A stretch of DNA of 64,000 nucleotides. It comes from Octopus sinensis. Taxonomy: Eukaryota. This document shows positions 38,298-52,077 of the stretch, piece by piece. The stretch lies in contig NC_043001.1 in assembly GCF_006345805.1 (NCBI RefSeq), forward strand, positions 113,026,001 to 113,090,000, written 5' to 3'. Position numbers and translations under genes: made by a program. Position 1 is the stretch's first letter. Each line of letters starts with the position of its first letter. A model generated the notes under the pieces. The model saw nothing but the letters and a program-made list of their open reading frames with translations. It was not told the DNA's origin and made no database searches.

Positions 38298-39930
38298 TCC
38301 AATCTTATGTCTTGGAACTATTAGTGAAAGCAACTATAAACACTGCAACATTCCTTCACACCAGCCTAAGATATTGTTAGGACACCCATACCAAGATATT
38401 GCTTTCTTACATTAGGATAATGTCACATTATGATTGATAATATAGCCCCTACACAGTACTTGGCTGGTACTTTTATTTCATTGACCCTGGAAAGATTAAA
38501 AGCAAAGTTAAACTCTGTGAAATTTGAACTCAGAGACATAAGAGAATGTAACTATATACTGCAAAGCATTGTGTTTGCTTACTCTACTGATTCTGCCAGT
38601 CCCTCATCACTCTCTGCTGATGTATTGCTACTGTTTCACTGTTAATCTCACATATTCTTCATTGTTGTTTAGAATAAACATCATCCCCTCCTTTTTTTTT
38701 TTTTTTGTTATCAAATCTACTTTTGAAACTAAGAATGGTCATAGAAACTTCAGTCATAGTTAAAATCTGCTTTTTAGAATTTGTAAAATTCAGCAGTGTG
38801 TTCAGGAATGTCTGTGCAATTTTAGAAATCGAATTGCAGTTTTGTGATTCCAGATTTGATGTCAGTGTACAACATCTGAGGCAAGTATCTTCTGCCATAT
38901 CCTTGTGCAGTTGTTGTGAGTGAAAATGGCTAGACAGAAATGATGTAGAAATCCATTGGACTCTGGCCTAGTCTTGGGCGGCATAGGCATAATCCAATGT
39001 TCAGTTTAACCAACGATACCACTTTGGATGCCTTACGTGGAGTTTATTCTTTTGTAAAAAATTCAGACCAAGTCTCCTTTGTGATGATAACATAATGTAT
39101 TTGTGCGTTAGTTGTGACTGGAGCAACTCAAGAATAATGTTCTTTTTTTCTTTTTATTGTCGTGGGTGTTATTCTTCCACCTGTAACCTATCAAACAATA
39201 AAATAAAACCAGTTGGAAGAACAGATCTCTGTTACTTTAATTCTTGTTGGCTTTCGTTTCTTTTGTTCTTTTTAAAAATGTCAGAACATTATAAATTCTC
39301 AGTAAATGAAATCTTACAATTAGATTTTTGATATGCATGTTTACAATGGTCTGTTTACTCTCATGGGGGCCTTAGAAAAAAACAAAACATAAATGTCTTA
39401 GCAGCTTCTCTCTCTAATAACTTGAGGGTTTCATGTTAACTGAAGAATCTTACTATCATAATCAATAATCAATCAGAATACAAAAACCTGTGTTACTACA
39501 ATCTCCACCAGCTGTTACCAGTATCAAATCGGAAACATTAATTAATATATACATGTTATATTTTCTAATATCTCATTTCTAATAACTTCTAGAAACATGT
39601 TATTTGCAGCAAGACATACGCCTACACATAACATTGTAGTGTACGAAGCTCTGCATGGTTGCTCAACTTGCTTGAAATAACTGGTTGGAAAGTGAATTTC
39701 TGTAACACACAGCTCTTCTTGTGTCTAGGATAGAAATCATTTATTCATGTTAATGAGATTAATGAGTATCAGAAATGGGTATCAGTAATCATTATCAAAA
39801 ACATTTGGTGGAATTATAGGATTTAGTTTTGTCTTGCTACATTCTGAACTCAAATCCCACCAAGTTTGACCCTTTTCTATCCGAGAACCAAAAAAAAAAA
39901 ATGTACCAGTCTTAAAGTTGGATTCATCTT

Positions 39931-40116
39931 CATCATCATCATCATCATCATCATCATTGTTTAACGTCCGTTCTCCATGCTAGCATGGGTTGGACGGTTC
40001 GACCGGGGATCTGGGAAGCCAGAGGCTGCACCAGGCTCCAGTCTGATCTGGCAGTGTTTCTACAGCTGGATGCCCTTCCTAACGCCAACCACTCCGTGAG
40101 TGTAGTGGGTGCTTTT
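39931..40116 (-). mobile_element. Family D retroposon, 5'-truncated
   Basis: (CAT)n + gtttaacgtccgttctccatgctagcatgg..gtagtgggtgctttt. Confidence 0.88.
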
Positions 40117-40476
40117 GGTTAATTATATATTTTTCTTCCATTGAAAATATTGTCTGTTTGTTCTACATGAGAATTCAATTGCAATATATTTGCTTGGTTA
40201 TAAGGCAGTGAGCTGGCAGAGTCGTTACTGCACTGGGCAAAATGCTTAGTGGCATTTCATCCACTTTTATGCTCTGAGTTCAAATTCCACCAAGGTTGTC
40301 TTTGCCTTTTATCTTTTCCCACTCTCCCAAACTTACTGGCTTTGTGCCAGAATTTGAAACTAATATATTTGCTTGGTTATTTGTCTCTATTATACATCTG
40401 TGATTTGCAGTGTATGCCTTAACATTAGTTGTATCTATCAACTACTGTTGAGTTTACTTACCTCAATTTTCTCTAT

Positions 40477-40870
40477 ACTCTTTTACTCTTTTACTTGTTT
40501 CAGTCATTTGACTGCGGCCATGCTGGAGCACCGCCTTTAGTCGAGCAAATCGACCCCGGGACTTATTCTTTGTAAGCCCAGTACTTATTCTATCGGTGTC
40601 TTTTGCCGAACCGCTAAGTGACGGGGACGTAAACACACCAGCATCGGTTGTCAAGCAATGCTAGGGGGACAAACAAATATACACACATATATATATATAC
40701 ATATATACGACAGGCTTCTTTCAGTTTCCGTCTACCAAATCCACTCACAAGTCTTTGGTCGGCCCGGGGCTATAGCAGAAGACACTTGCCCAAGATGCCA
40801 CACAGTGGGACTGAACCCGGAACCATGTGGTTGGTTAGCAAGCTTCTTACCACACAGCCACTCCTGCGCC
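40477..40870 (-). mobile_element. SINE family A
   Basis: Full-length reverse-complement match ending ctcctgcgcc. Confidence 0.9.
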
Positions 40871-40995
40871 TGTTCATTTGTTTCTGTTCATTTATTTAAT
40901 AGAAATAACAAAATACATTATTCTAGTGCCAGCTCATTATTAAAGATGTGTTTATACAAACGTGTGTGTGTGTGGGGTGCATATTAGTGTATATA

Positions 40996-41348
40996 CTCTC
41001 TTTACTCTTTACTCTTTTCCTTGTTTCAGTCATTTGACTGCGGCCATGCTGGAGCACCACCTTTAGTCGAGCAAATCGACCCCGGGACTTATCCTTTGTA
41101 AGCCCAGTATTATTCTATTGGTCTCTTTTGCCGAACCGCTAAGTGACGGGGACGTAAACACACCAGCATCGGTTGTCAAGGAATGCTAGGGGCACAAACA
41201 CAGACACACAAACACACACACATACATATATATATATAAATATATACCACAGGCTTCTTTCAGTTTCCGTGTCGGCCGGGGCTATAGCAGAAGACACTTG
41301 CCCAAGATGCCACGCAGTGGGACTGAACCCGGAACCATGTGGTTGGTT
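40996..41348 (-). mobile_element. SINE family A, head-truncated with an internal deletion
   Basis: Matches the family but lacks ctaccaaatccactcacaaggcattg and the A box; ends ~185 nt upstream of the exon acceptor. Confidence 0.85.
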
Positions 41349-41533
41349 GTGTATGCATCTTTTCATTTCCATGTTGATTTTTTTTTATAAAACCTTCCTG
41401 CAGTCACACATCAATACTGTGTTGGCACTTATATTTTCATATGCATTTTGCTGTTGACATTGCTGTTCAATTTATTGTTACTGTTTTATTACTAATGAGT
41501 GGCTCATTTGACTGTTTCCTCTATTTTTTACAG

Positions 41534-41629
41534 GAAGTAATCCTTCATCGAGATAATAATGAAAAGTTGGGCCTAACTCTTTGTTATGGATCCTTGGACG
41601 ATGACATGACTGATATATTTATTGGTGAG
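41534..41629 (+). CDS. PDZRN3/4-like: Internal coding exon (96 nt, phase 0-0) of a PDZ-domain RING finger E3 ligase of the PDZRN3/PDZRN4/PDZD4 (Slip1) family; encodes the N-terminal part of a PDZ domain
   Basis: Acceptor tttcctctattttttacAG|GAA at 41533/41534, branch-like TACTAAT at 41490-41496, donor GAG|GTAAG at 41629/41630. Translation EVILHRDNNEKLGLTLCYGSLDDDMTDIFIGE matches my recollection of the PDZRN3/4 PDZ segment (EVELY...KLGL.VCY.TDDE.D.GIY.GE). Orthology was not confirmed by search. Confidence 0.88.
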
Positions 41630-41789
41630 GTAAGCTGACCCCTTTACATACTTATATCTTATACCTTCTACTTCAGACACAGTACTCTTTTATTCACCTC
41701 TTGTATTATTTATAGAATTGTAGAATCGTTTGTTAGTTAGTTAGTTTGAGTATTAAAAAAAAGATGTCTTGAAATTTTTTTAAAATCCA

Positions 41790-42440
41790 GCCTAGGTCAA
41801 CCTTGCTTTTCATCCTTTTAGGGTCAATAAAATAAAATAGTCAAGTACCGCAGTTAATGATATCAATTAACCACCTTTCCTTAAAATTGCTGGTCTTGTG
41901 CTAAATTTTGAAAACATTATTGTTGTCGTCGTCGCCGTCGTTAAGGTGGTGAGCTGGCAGAATCATTAGCATGCCGGACGAAATGCTTAGCAGTATTTAG
42001 CCCATTGCTACATTCTGAGTTCAAATTCCGCCTTTCGGGGTCGATGAAATAATACCAGTTGAGTACTGGGGGGTTGATGTAATCAACTTATCCCCTCTCT
42101 TAAAATTTCAGACCTTGTACCTTTAGTAGAAAGGATTATTATTATTAAGGTTGCAAATTGACAGAATCGTTAGCACACTGGATGAAATGCTTACAAGTAT
42201 TTCGCCCATTGTTATGTTGTGAGTTCAAATTCCGCCAAGGCCGACTTTGCCTTTCATTCATTCAGGGTGCACAAATTAGGTACCAGTGATGTAATTAAGT
42301 ACAGCGATGTAATTAACTAGTCTCCGCTTCCAAAATTTCAGGCCTTGCACCTTTTAGTAGAAAGGATTATTATTATTATTATTATTATTAAGGCAGTGAG
42401 CTGACAGAATCGTTAGCACATGGGTGAAATGCTTAGCAGG
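41790..42440 (+). mobile_element. Head-to-tail array of B2 SINE variants (B head and central domain, different 3' tail ending in (ATT)n)
   Basis: Heads aaggtggtgagctggcagaatc (~41943), aaggttgcaaattgacagaatcg (~42147) and aaggcagtgagctgacagaatcg (~42390), each directly after an ATT/GTC triplet tail; a headless unit at ~41790-41940. Confidence 0.7.
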
Positions 42441-44050
42441 AGTGATAAAGTAAGGTACTAATTTAGTACTGATGTCAGTGGTATCAGCTACTCTCCTCTC
42501 CTCAAAATTGCTCAGAGTTGAAGCGATTATTATATTTCTTTTTTCCTGTTTGTCAGTGTATATAAGTGAGCATCTGCATGCATCAGTTCTGTCTATCCTT
42601 GTAAAAATGAGAAATAAAACCTTAAAGTTGTTAGGTCATTCTTGGAGAAAGGAGTAAAAAAGCAATGTTTTGTTGTGTTATAAATCAATATAAATCACCA
42701 AAATGACAGATGTGAATGTGCATGCAGTTATTTTGGTCAACTGATCTTCCTGCTTTCTTCCGGTCTCCTGGTTTCTTGCCGATTCTGCTGTTGAGTCAAT
42801 GTTTTGTTAGTTGTTACTCTCACATTAAATATCATCATCACCAGAAGTTCAGGTTACCAAAATGATACCATTTATGGGAAGGAATGGATTACATGACTGC
42901 AACCTCTCAATTCATGGAATGACCTTTAGTGTCAGCTTACTCCTGGCTTCTGGTGAATGGAACAAGCTCAACATGGTACATGCCAAAACTATGCCTGACA
43001 AAAGAATGGATATAACGTGCGCGTGCACACACACACACACACACACACTAGTGTGTGTCTTTGTATGTGTAAAGCTAGATTGTAGAATATAGCTTCATAT
43101 TTTCTGCCATTTCAAATTTAGGTGGGGAAATATCTGGAATAACTTGGTGTGTGTGTCTGTGTGTGCATGTGTGCGTGCATGCATGTGTGTGTGTGTGTGT
43201 GTATGTGTGTATGCGCTCTCAGACATTCACACACATGTACATACATTCAGACCAGTGGCATATGGTGGTGGTTGTATTGGGTGTGCCACCAAATTTCAAG
43301 CAGGGGTATAACAAAAGTTTTCCATTAAGATTTGTCTTTAAATTAACGAGTAAAGTTAATCATTTATAATGATTTTGCCATTTTCGATGGGTGTGCAGCA
43401 TACACCTAGCACACCTGGAACATACACTCCTGATTCAGACATACTCATTGTAATCACATGAGATACTGATGGGATATGCTTTATAGAAAACCTTTAAAAA
43501 GATATTTTAGTAGGAGCCCTAATAAACCTAGTACATATTTTTAATTGCCTTATCAATGAATGTTTATAAAATTTAGGTAAAATTGCAGCAAAGAAATTAA
43601 AAGAGCTGTTGTTTAATGCTTTTTTATATTGCTGTATAATTTATCATTGAGATAATTTTCCAGATACATGAAAGAATTGTATCATTAGAATATGAAATAT
43701 GAGTAAATATTCACACAAGAAGTCCTCTCTCTGGTTATACATAGAGCTTAATTAGTATGAAGACATGTATTGTTACAGTATTATTCAATTATTATTCTTT
43801 CCTGGTTTTAGTCATTGCTCTGTTGCCATGCTGAGGTAATACCTTCAAGTTTAACCATATCAGCTCAGTGCTTATTTCGGTCAGGTACTTATTCCATTGA
43901 TCTCAATCTTTCAAAAGGCTAAGTTACAGTTTATTTCATAAAGGAACACAACACCAGTCTACGCTTGTAAAACAGGTATACATATGCACATATGCATGCA
44001 CACACACATTTGCTCGCATGCACTCACTCACACATACACACACATATTTA

Positions 44051-44238
44051 CATCATCATCATCATCATTGTTCGACCGTGGTGGAGACAATGGAATTTAC
44101 CATGCTACACCAGACTTCACGGTCCATCATGGCATTATGGAGGTCCTGTTGCTGGATGCCTGTATCACTGGAGATTACATCAGGGTAGGAGAGTGTGCAC
44201 CCTCTGGTATTGCGAGTAGATGGCTTCCAGAGGAGAAG
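44051..44238 (-). mobile_element. 3' end of an RTE-type LINE, 5'-truncated, with (TGA)n tail
   Basis: Minus strand reads LLLWKPSTRNTRGCTLSYPDVISSDTGIQQQDLHNAMMDREVWCSMVNSIVSTTVEQ* and runs directly into (TGA)n; resembles the RTE C-terminal LLW.P...G....Y.D....DTG....L..AM.DR..W motif. Confidence 0.75.
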
Positions 44239-45780
44239 AGTAGAAATTACTTCTTTTTGTCACATATTTACACACATGCACAGGTACACATACAGTAATC
44301 TTCCTTTTAGTTTCTGTCTCTCAAATTTCACTTGCAAGGCATTGGTCAATTCTAGGCTATAATAAAAGATAATTTTCCAAGGTGCTTTGTAGCAAGATTG
44401 AACCCAGAACTGCATGAATATCAAGCTTTTGATTGAAAAATTGCTTCAGTGTGTGGTTACTTTGTTGAACAGCTTATAATTATCCCATCTTAATACAGAT
44501 ACCATTTTCATACAGAATCATTTCTTTTGACTAGAATAAGCTTGGTTAAAGTCAATATTGGCATCATTTAGACTTGGTCCCAAAGCTTCAATTTCAGAAG
44601 AGTGTTTTTACATGTTCCCTGACTCTCAGATGATGTTTCAGTAACTTTGCTGCACCTGACCTAATTTTATTATTCTTCTCCTGATCATGGTGTTGATGGG
44701 TCACTGATTTCTCGAGTTTTTGTCAATATTATTGGCTGCAATAGCCATTGTTACAAACTGGACATTGATATAAAGGGATGATAATTCAACTGGACAGGAA
44801 CATAGCAGAGTATTTCTGTTTGAATCTACTGGTTCATGCACCAAGTTGATATACTACTTGTTATTATGTCCGTTTTCCATGCTCCTGTGTGATGGACAGA
44901 TAGAATGTTACTTACGAAGTCAATTCTTTTTGGTAGCCACTGCTGTCATAGATTTGTGCTCATATCTTTCACTTTTGGATGCTTTTCCTATCGATGCTTC
45001 TTCTACCAGCACTAGAGTTAATGTAATAATCTTAATGTATTATGAAGACTAAAAGGTCCTCTTGACCTTATGCTTTCTCTGGTCATTTGTTTTCATATTC
45101 CAAATTGCCACAAATGGTCAACCTGAGACTATAGTAAAAGACATTCATCCTTGGTACCATTCAGTGAGATTGTATCCTGAATCATGGTGAAGCTAACTTC
45201 TTAAACACACAGCCATACTTGCATGCATTACTAAGTTGTTTCCATTTCAAATCTCAATTGACAACAGAAGAAAATATGGCATTTTTGTAAATTTCAGAAA
45301 TTAACTATGTAATTTTTCTCAGATGTTTTTAATGAACACTTTGAGAGGGCTCTTCAGGTTATGCATGAAGATGTTTAAACATTTTGATACTAACTTGCTT
45401 AAAGACCTGCCCCTGTCTCATAATAAAAAAAAAACTGGCCCTTTTCTAGTGTAGGTTTAAATTACATTCTTGTATAATGTTATACAAGAATCTTTTATGT
45501 TAAATTCTAAATACTAGCTTAATTATGGAGTACTTTTAGAAATTCCCCCCAATTCTTGATTATTAAAAAAAAAAATCATTTGAAGAATATATCCTTTTAG
45601 CAGTATGGTCATGAACTGGTTAAAATGGGCTTAGGACTAGCAGTGAAAAACTTTTATAAAGAAGTATCTTTTAAGAACTTATTTTCAAAACTTCTGCCCT
45701 TCATTCTAGGCTAATCACAACAAAATTCAAGGCTGTTTAAGATGCCCATGGGAAGTTACCATGTGCCAATGAGTTGATTT

Positions 45781-45833
<53 letters not shown>

Positions 45834-45905
45834 ACCCCCTTCGGTCATGAATGACCATGGGATTGCACCTAGAAAGTTACCCTCCTAGACACAAGTCTGG
45901 GCAAG

Positions 45906-45942
<37 letters not shown>

Positions 45943-47768
45943 TTTCTTTTTTCTTGAATAAATGCATAGAAAACAAAATTGATTAGGTGAAAGAATAGAC
46001 ATTGAACAGTCTTTCAAAGGAATTGTGTGGTGAGTAAAGACCTAAACATCATAGTTTGCATGTATAGTCAGTCAAGCTTCAGTGACTTAGAAGATATTTC
46101 CTTATGAAATTCAAACTAAATTGAATATGTGTCAAAATGGAGGTAACACAGGATATTGAAGCTTGTAGAATTTGTGACAGATGACGAGCAACGAGTTTAT
46201 CTCTAGGATGTACAATGTTTAATTTATAAGCAGTTTGAATATAAGTTGAGGGAGGAAAAAGAGGTATCAAAGCAAATGCTGATACGGTTTTATTTTATTT
46301 TATTTTTTTTTATTTATTTATTTATTTATTTATGGCTGTTTTCATTGGACTGTGGTCATGCTGGGACACCATTAAAAAGGGATTTTGTTTGATGAAATCA
46401 ACCTCAGTAATTATTTTTTTAAAGTCTGGTATCTATTCTATTGGTTTGTTTTGCCAAACTGCTCAGTTACAAGTGATGTAAACAAACATTGACAGTCACA
46501 TAAAGATCTAGAGAAAGATAGACAGATGCAGATGTGTACATTCATTCACTCACACACACACATTATGGGCTCCTACTCAGTTACTGTCTACTCAATCCAC
46601 TCAAAAACCAGTTGTCTCACAGACTTTAAACCCCTCTCCATTCAATTATTCTACAACTAGCCTAATTATGGTTCTACAGTCAAAGGGGACATGGCTCTAA
46701 TATTCCTTCTTTTCTTTTTCTTTTTTCACTCACCCTTCCACTCTTTGCATCTATCTTCTTGTTTTTTTCTCATGATTTCTCTTGGTCATGTGTTCAGGGC
46801 TTGAAGATTGTTTGGAGATACAAGGTGGTGTATTATAAAACCTTGCTCAGACGTGCATCTCCAAGCAAGAAACTAATAATAGTTCGTATCTTTATACTAT
46901 GCACATTAAATAACATGTGTGTGTGTGTATATATGAAGGTCATATATATTTGTAAAGTAAATGGATACTGAGTGAAAAGTGTCATAAGTTCACAGAAAGA
47001 ACAAAATTTATAGCAAAGGCAAACCAAATATGTCTTGGTGAAAAAGTGCTTTTTAGGTAAAATTTGGAAAATGCTAGAGGTCTTGTGGTTGAAATGACAG
47101 GATCAAGACATGTATAGAGATATTGTATTGCACACCCATCAAATTCGTTTCAATGTGATAGATAAATCATGTTGGCCAAAGTGATAGTGGTGGTGGTGGT
47201 AGTGGCAGTGGCATCAACTTTTCGTTAATAACTCTGTGTATACACATTTACATTTAACAAGAGAGAGAAACCTGAAAATGTATCATTGGCTGTCAAACAG
47301 ATTTTTATATCATATCCTTATCCACACTTCTATCTTAAGTCCCTTATTTTTCCTCCCCACTAACATGATATAGGGAACCTTAGATTATAAAAAAAAAACT
47401 GACAGATTGACAGACAGGAAATATCACTCTATCATGATAAAATAAATAATAATAAAAATTAAAACCAAAATCAGTTTCATAAACACCCCATCTGACTGAG
47501 ATAAGGGGTCTAAAGGAAATCAATATCCAACATTCACATTGTGGCACATTTCATTGCGAGCAATGAAACCTTCAACAAACTGTTTCGGGCTATTCTCTGC
47601 AGTTGTTTAGTTTCTTTGTTTTCCCTTTCTTTTAAGAATGGATTCAGTTTTTTACAGATATGGCATTTAAACGGGCCATATCTGGCTCAAATGTTCTAAA
47701 TGTTTCATGTTCAAGCTGGCCAGATCTAGTCTCTCTCACCTACGCTACAATATCATTTCAAAATTTAA

Positions 47769-48052
47769 TCCTTTAATGTTTCAACCAGCCATATCCGGCC
47801 AAAATATTCTCCTGTTTTATGTTCAAACTGGCCAGATCTGGCCTTTAACACCTACCCTGAAATGTCATTCTAAAAAAAAAATAAACAATCAGGCTCAGCT
47901 GTGGCTGTGTGGTAAGTAGCTTGCTTACCAACCACATTGTTTCGGGTTCAGTCCCACTATGTGGCCCCGTTGGGCAAGTGTCTTCTACTATAGCCTTGGG
48001 TTGACCAAAGCCTTGTGAGTGGATTTGGTAGATGGAAACTGAAAGGAACCTG

Positions 48053-48095
<43 letters not shown>

Positions 48096-48652
48096 CATAT
48101 ACATACATATACATACATATACATACATACATACATGTGTGTGTGTGTGTGTGTGTCCCCCAACATCACTTGACAACCAATGCTGTTGCGTTTATGTCCC
48201 TGTAACTTAGCAATTTAGCAAAAGAGACTGATAGAATAAGTACTAAGCTTACAAAGAATGTGTCCTGGGATCAACTTGTTTGACTAAAAGCGGTGCTCCA
48301 GCATGGCCACAGTCAAATGACTGAAACAAGTAAAAGAGTAATTACATCATTGAAATTTCAAACCTACAAGATAATACATGATTAATTCAAAGCAATGTGG
48401 ATAAATAAGCATGATGCCAGTGTCACGTGACTGGCACCTATAGTCACGGTGCATAAAAGCCCCCGTGCTGTGCCAGTGAAACGTGAAAAGCACCCATTAC
48501 ACACTTGGAGTGGTTGGCATTAGGAAGAGCATCTAGCCGTAGAAACCATGCCAAATCAGGCTGGAACTTGGTGTAGCTCTCCGGCTTATCAGTTCCGGTC
48601 ATAATGTCTAATCCATTCCAGCATGGAAAGCACACTAAAAGACAATGATGAC

Positions 48653-48699
<47 letters not shown>

Positions 48700-48801
48700 T
48701 GATGGTGATGGTGATGGTGGTGGTGGTGTGGTGGTGGTGGTGGTGGTAGTGGTGGCGGCGGCGGCGATGACATTTGACAGAGTAATCTAAATGCTAAAGG
48801 G
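47769..48801. mobile_element. piggyBac-type MITE (second family) interrupted by a SINE-A and a family-D element plus microsatellites
   Basis: TTAA|tcctttaatgttt at 47765-47781 and atgctaaaggg|TTAA at 48791-48805; MITE segments resume at 48341-48416 and 48768-48801. A further half copy follows at 48806-48918. Confidence 0.6.
47892..48340 (+). mobile_element. SINE family A nested in a MITE
   Basis: Full-length match; MITE sequence on both sides. Confidence 0.85.
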
Positions 48802-49228
48802 TTAACCAATCAACTCATCAAAATCTTGAAGCTATGAGATAATGCTTAATTAATTCAAAACAATGATGAATAAATGAGCATTGTATTATGATGGAGCGAT
48901 CTGAATGCTGAAGGATTAAAAGACATGCACACAAAATAATGTTTATGCATATGTGGGCAGCGCATTGTTTGAGCAAGGCAATTTGTGTTGTATTACTCCA
49001 GTCTACTCAGCTGAAAGTGAGTATAACTCCAAAGCTTTCTCTCTCATGCTTGCTGTTCCACTGTGTCAGAATGTTGGCGGCTCTTAGAAGTAGAGGGTGT
49101 CAATTCCAAAAAGCATGGAATGCTTCCAGAGTTAATAAGACAACTACTAGTTCCCACTGTGTGGTACCTGGACAATAGTTTCAGGTCAACCAAAATGTTG
49201 TGAGTAGATTTGGTAGATGAAAACTGAA

Positions 49229-49414
49229 AGTTAGTTAGTTAGTTAATTTTTTGGCTCAAAAAGCAAAAAGCAAGGCCATGTAGGGGGGCATGGAGTTATG
49301 TACAGGGTGGTGTTCATGTCAAGAGTTCAGGCCACTTGTGGTCAAGGGAGACTTTGAACCGAGCGGTCGTTGGCATCTTCACTATCTCGTCCGGCAGCTT
49401 ATTCCATGGATCCG
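49229..49414 (-). mobile_element. Short 5'-truncated copy of the same CR1 LINE, nested in an old family-A SINE
   Basis: Close match to 17225-17406 including the (TAAC)n tail; flanked by SINE-A sequence (gtagatgaaaactgaaag on the left, aaatccattgtgtgt...gtgttggtgtgttt on the right). Confidence 0.85.
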
Positions 49415-51699
49415 AAATCCATTGTGTGTATGCTTGTCCTCCCTTTACTACTTAACGACAAGTGTTGGTGTGTTTTATGTCTCCATAACTTAGCAGTTCA
49501 CAAAAGAGAATGATAGAATAAGTACTGGTGTCAATTTGACTAACTAAAATTCTTCAGGGTGGTGTCCCAGCATGGATGCAGTCTAATAACCGAAACAAGT
49601 AAAAAGAGAAACATCTATATAAGTAAATGTAAAACACATCCACCCATCCATCTAGATAAGTAGCTATGCTTACACGTGCACACACACACGCACAAGACGA
49701 GATAGTCATGGCTGGAATATGTTTGGGCATAGTTCTGCTCTGTCAGGGCTGACTTAAGGCTCAATGAAAACCAATAGCAACCATAGATGGCTTTGAATAA
49801 CCACATAAATAAGTAAGTTTTGTAAATTTAGACATGTTGTGGGGAATTTTGCTTTTTTTTTTTTTTGATTGGTATCACTCTCCATTTACTTGTATTGTGT
49901 TCTTTGTGATTTGGAAGAATGGATGATTAAAATTTTCAAATTCTTAGGCAAGCTTTTTCACTCAACTCGTGTCTTATAGTTTACTATATTGTTAGGCTGG
50001 CTATGATAAATTTGATAATCACCCTACATATATCAGTGATACAAAGTAGACCAGTTATTTATTTCAGACACCCTAGTGTACCTCCTTTCGGATTAATTAT
50101 TTTGTATAGGGCATCCAGCTGTAGAAACTCTGCCAGATCAAGATTGGAGCCTGGTGCAGCCATCTGGTTTGCCAGCCCTCAGTCAAAATCGTCGAACCCA
50201 TGCTAGCATGGACAGCGGACGTTAAACAATGATGATGATGATGATGATGATTTTCTATGACTATAGTTTTTATATTACTTGTGCTTATTTTGTAATCTAC
50301 TTAAGAAATTCTGTAATCATAGAAGTCATATTTCTGGTTGTTTATCACTAAACTGTACAGTACAAAAGTATCTCCATGATTGCTCAACCTATCAGAAATA
50401 ACAGTCAAATTCACTGAATTCACACTCGGGAAAGAAAGAACGCATTGAATAATGTTTCTAATATACAAAAGTTGTGTGTTTATGGCTGGAATGCTTTTGA
50501 TCGACAGCCAAGGGCTAAGTAAACAATATATTTGTTGTATTCAATATTATACTTTCCATCATCTTCATACATTTGTTCTTTTCCATGCTGGCATGGGTTG
50601 GACAGGTTGAAAGACTATATTTCATCATCGTCTTTGTGTTATGTTGGACCCATACAGCAACCAAGAAAACTCCGCTGTGTATGTTTATTTCCTTACAACA
50701 CACATTGCATTGATTCTTGGTTAGCTCACTGCCCTCACCACAGGGTGTTTAAAAGGCAAGGAGAAAGGGTGGAATATGAGATGGTATATGTGAATGTTCA
50801 TGTCATCAGGTCTTTGATTTATAGAACAGAAGACAAATATGAGATTGTAGAACATTCATGTCAAGAAAAGGCTACAACTGGAAGAACCAAAACCCAGACT
50901 TACAGAGAACTTATCTCACTTTCATATCACATACAGGAGAAACTTTTTGTTTGGGTTCAAATCATTTTGCCAATAGAATATTTAAAAAAAGAGAAGAAAG
51001 TTTTAAAAATGCCAAAACTACAAAATGTATAAAAAGGAAAATAAACCCTGTGCATATGATAATCTTCCTGTCAATCTGCAAAGATATCACAGAATCTGGT
51101 CAAAAGTTGAACATCTGTTACTACTGCTGGTGGCTCTACTTCAATCAATCATTATTGTGACTGCTAGGACTTGTGGTGATAGTAGTAGCTACCACCACCA
51201 CCACCACCACCACCACCACCACCACTGCCACCACCACTACCACCACCACCACCACTGCCACCACCACCACCACTGCCACCACCACCACTGCCGCCACCAC
51301 CACCACCACCACCACTCCCACTCCCACTGTCACTACAGGCACTACCTCATAACTTGTTGTGAACCCTTTGTTACAAGCTTATATATATAGCTTTGACAAT
51401 GTCTGAAGATCTTTTTTTCAGATAAGAGAAGCAAGGAAGTGAAGATAGGCAGATGAGGCGGAGGAGGAGGCAGAGGTTGGGAAGAGGAGGAAGGTTGGGA
51501 AGAGGTGGGAGAGAGGATCTTTGTTTATGTTTTATAATTTTATCATTTATTTATTTATACTTTGATAAAACTCCCCACTTACTGGTTACTGGGTTCCTCC
51601 TTTTGTATTCTATCAAGAGTCAACTGTCTGTTTATGAACCATTCACTGCTTCTTTTTTTCTCTACATTTGTTCAAACATCTTTACTCTCTCTCTCTCTC

Positions 51700-52077
51700 T
51701 CTCTCTTTTACATGTTTCAGTCATTTGACTGCAGCCATGCTGGAGCACCACCTTTAATTGAGTAACTCGACCCCAGGACTTATTCTTTTGTAAGCCCAGT
51801 ACTTATTCTATCAGTCTCTTTTGCCGAACCGCTAAGTAACGGGGACATAAACACACCAGCATCATTTGTCAAGCAATGCTAGGGGGACAAACACACACAT
51901 ACATATATGTACATATATACGACGGGCTTCTTTCAGTTTCCGTCTACCAAATCCACTCACAAGGCTTTGGTCGGCCCGAGGCTATAGTAGAAGACACTTG
52001 CCCAAGGTGCCATGCAGCGGGACTGAACCTGGAACCATGTGGTTGGTAAACAAGCTACTTACCACACAGCCACTCCT
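51700..52077 (-). mobile_element. SINE family A
   Basis: Reverse-complement match, nearly full length. Confidence 0.88.

Noticed and set aside
41441-41533. In-frame ATG-initiated extension upstream of the PDZ exon (MHFAVDIAVQF..)
   Set aside because: It runs through a branch point, polypyrimidine tract and AG acceptor; it is intron read-through.
44530-44820. Minus-strand SSLYINV and ALGPSL..ANI, faintly like Penelope RT motifs
   Set aside because: Too short and too degenerate, with stops between them; not supportable without a profile search.
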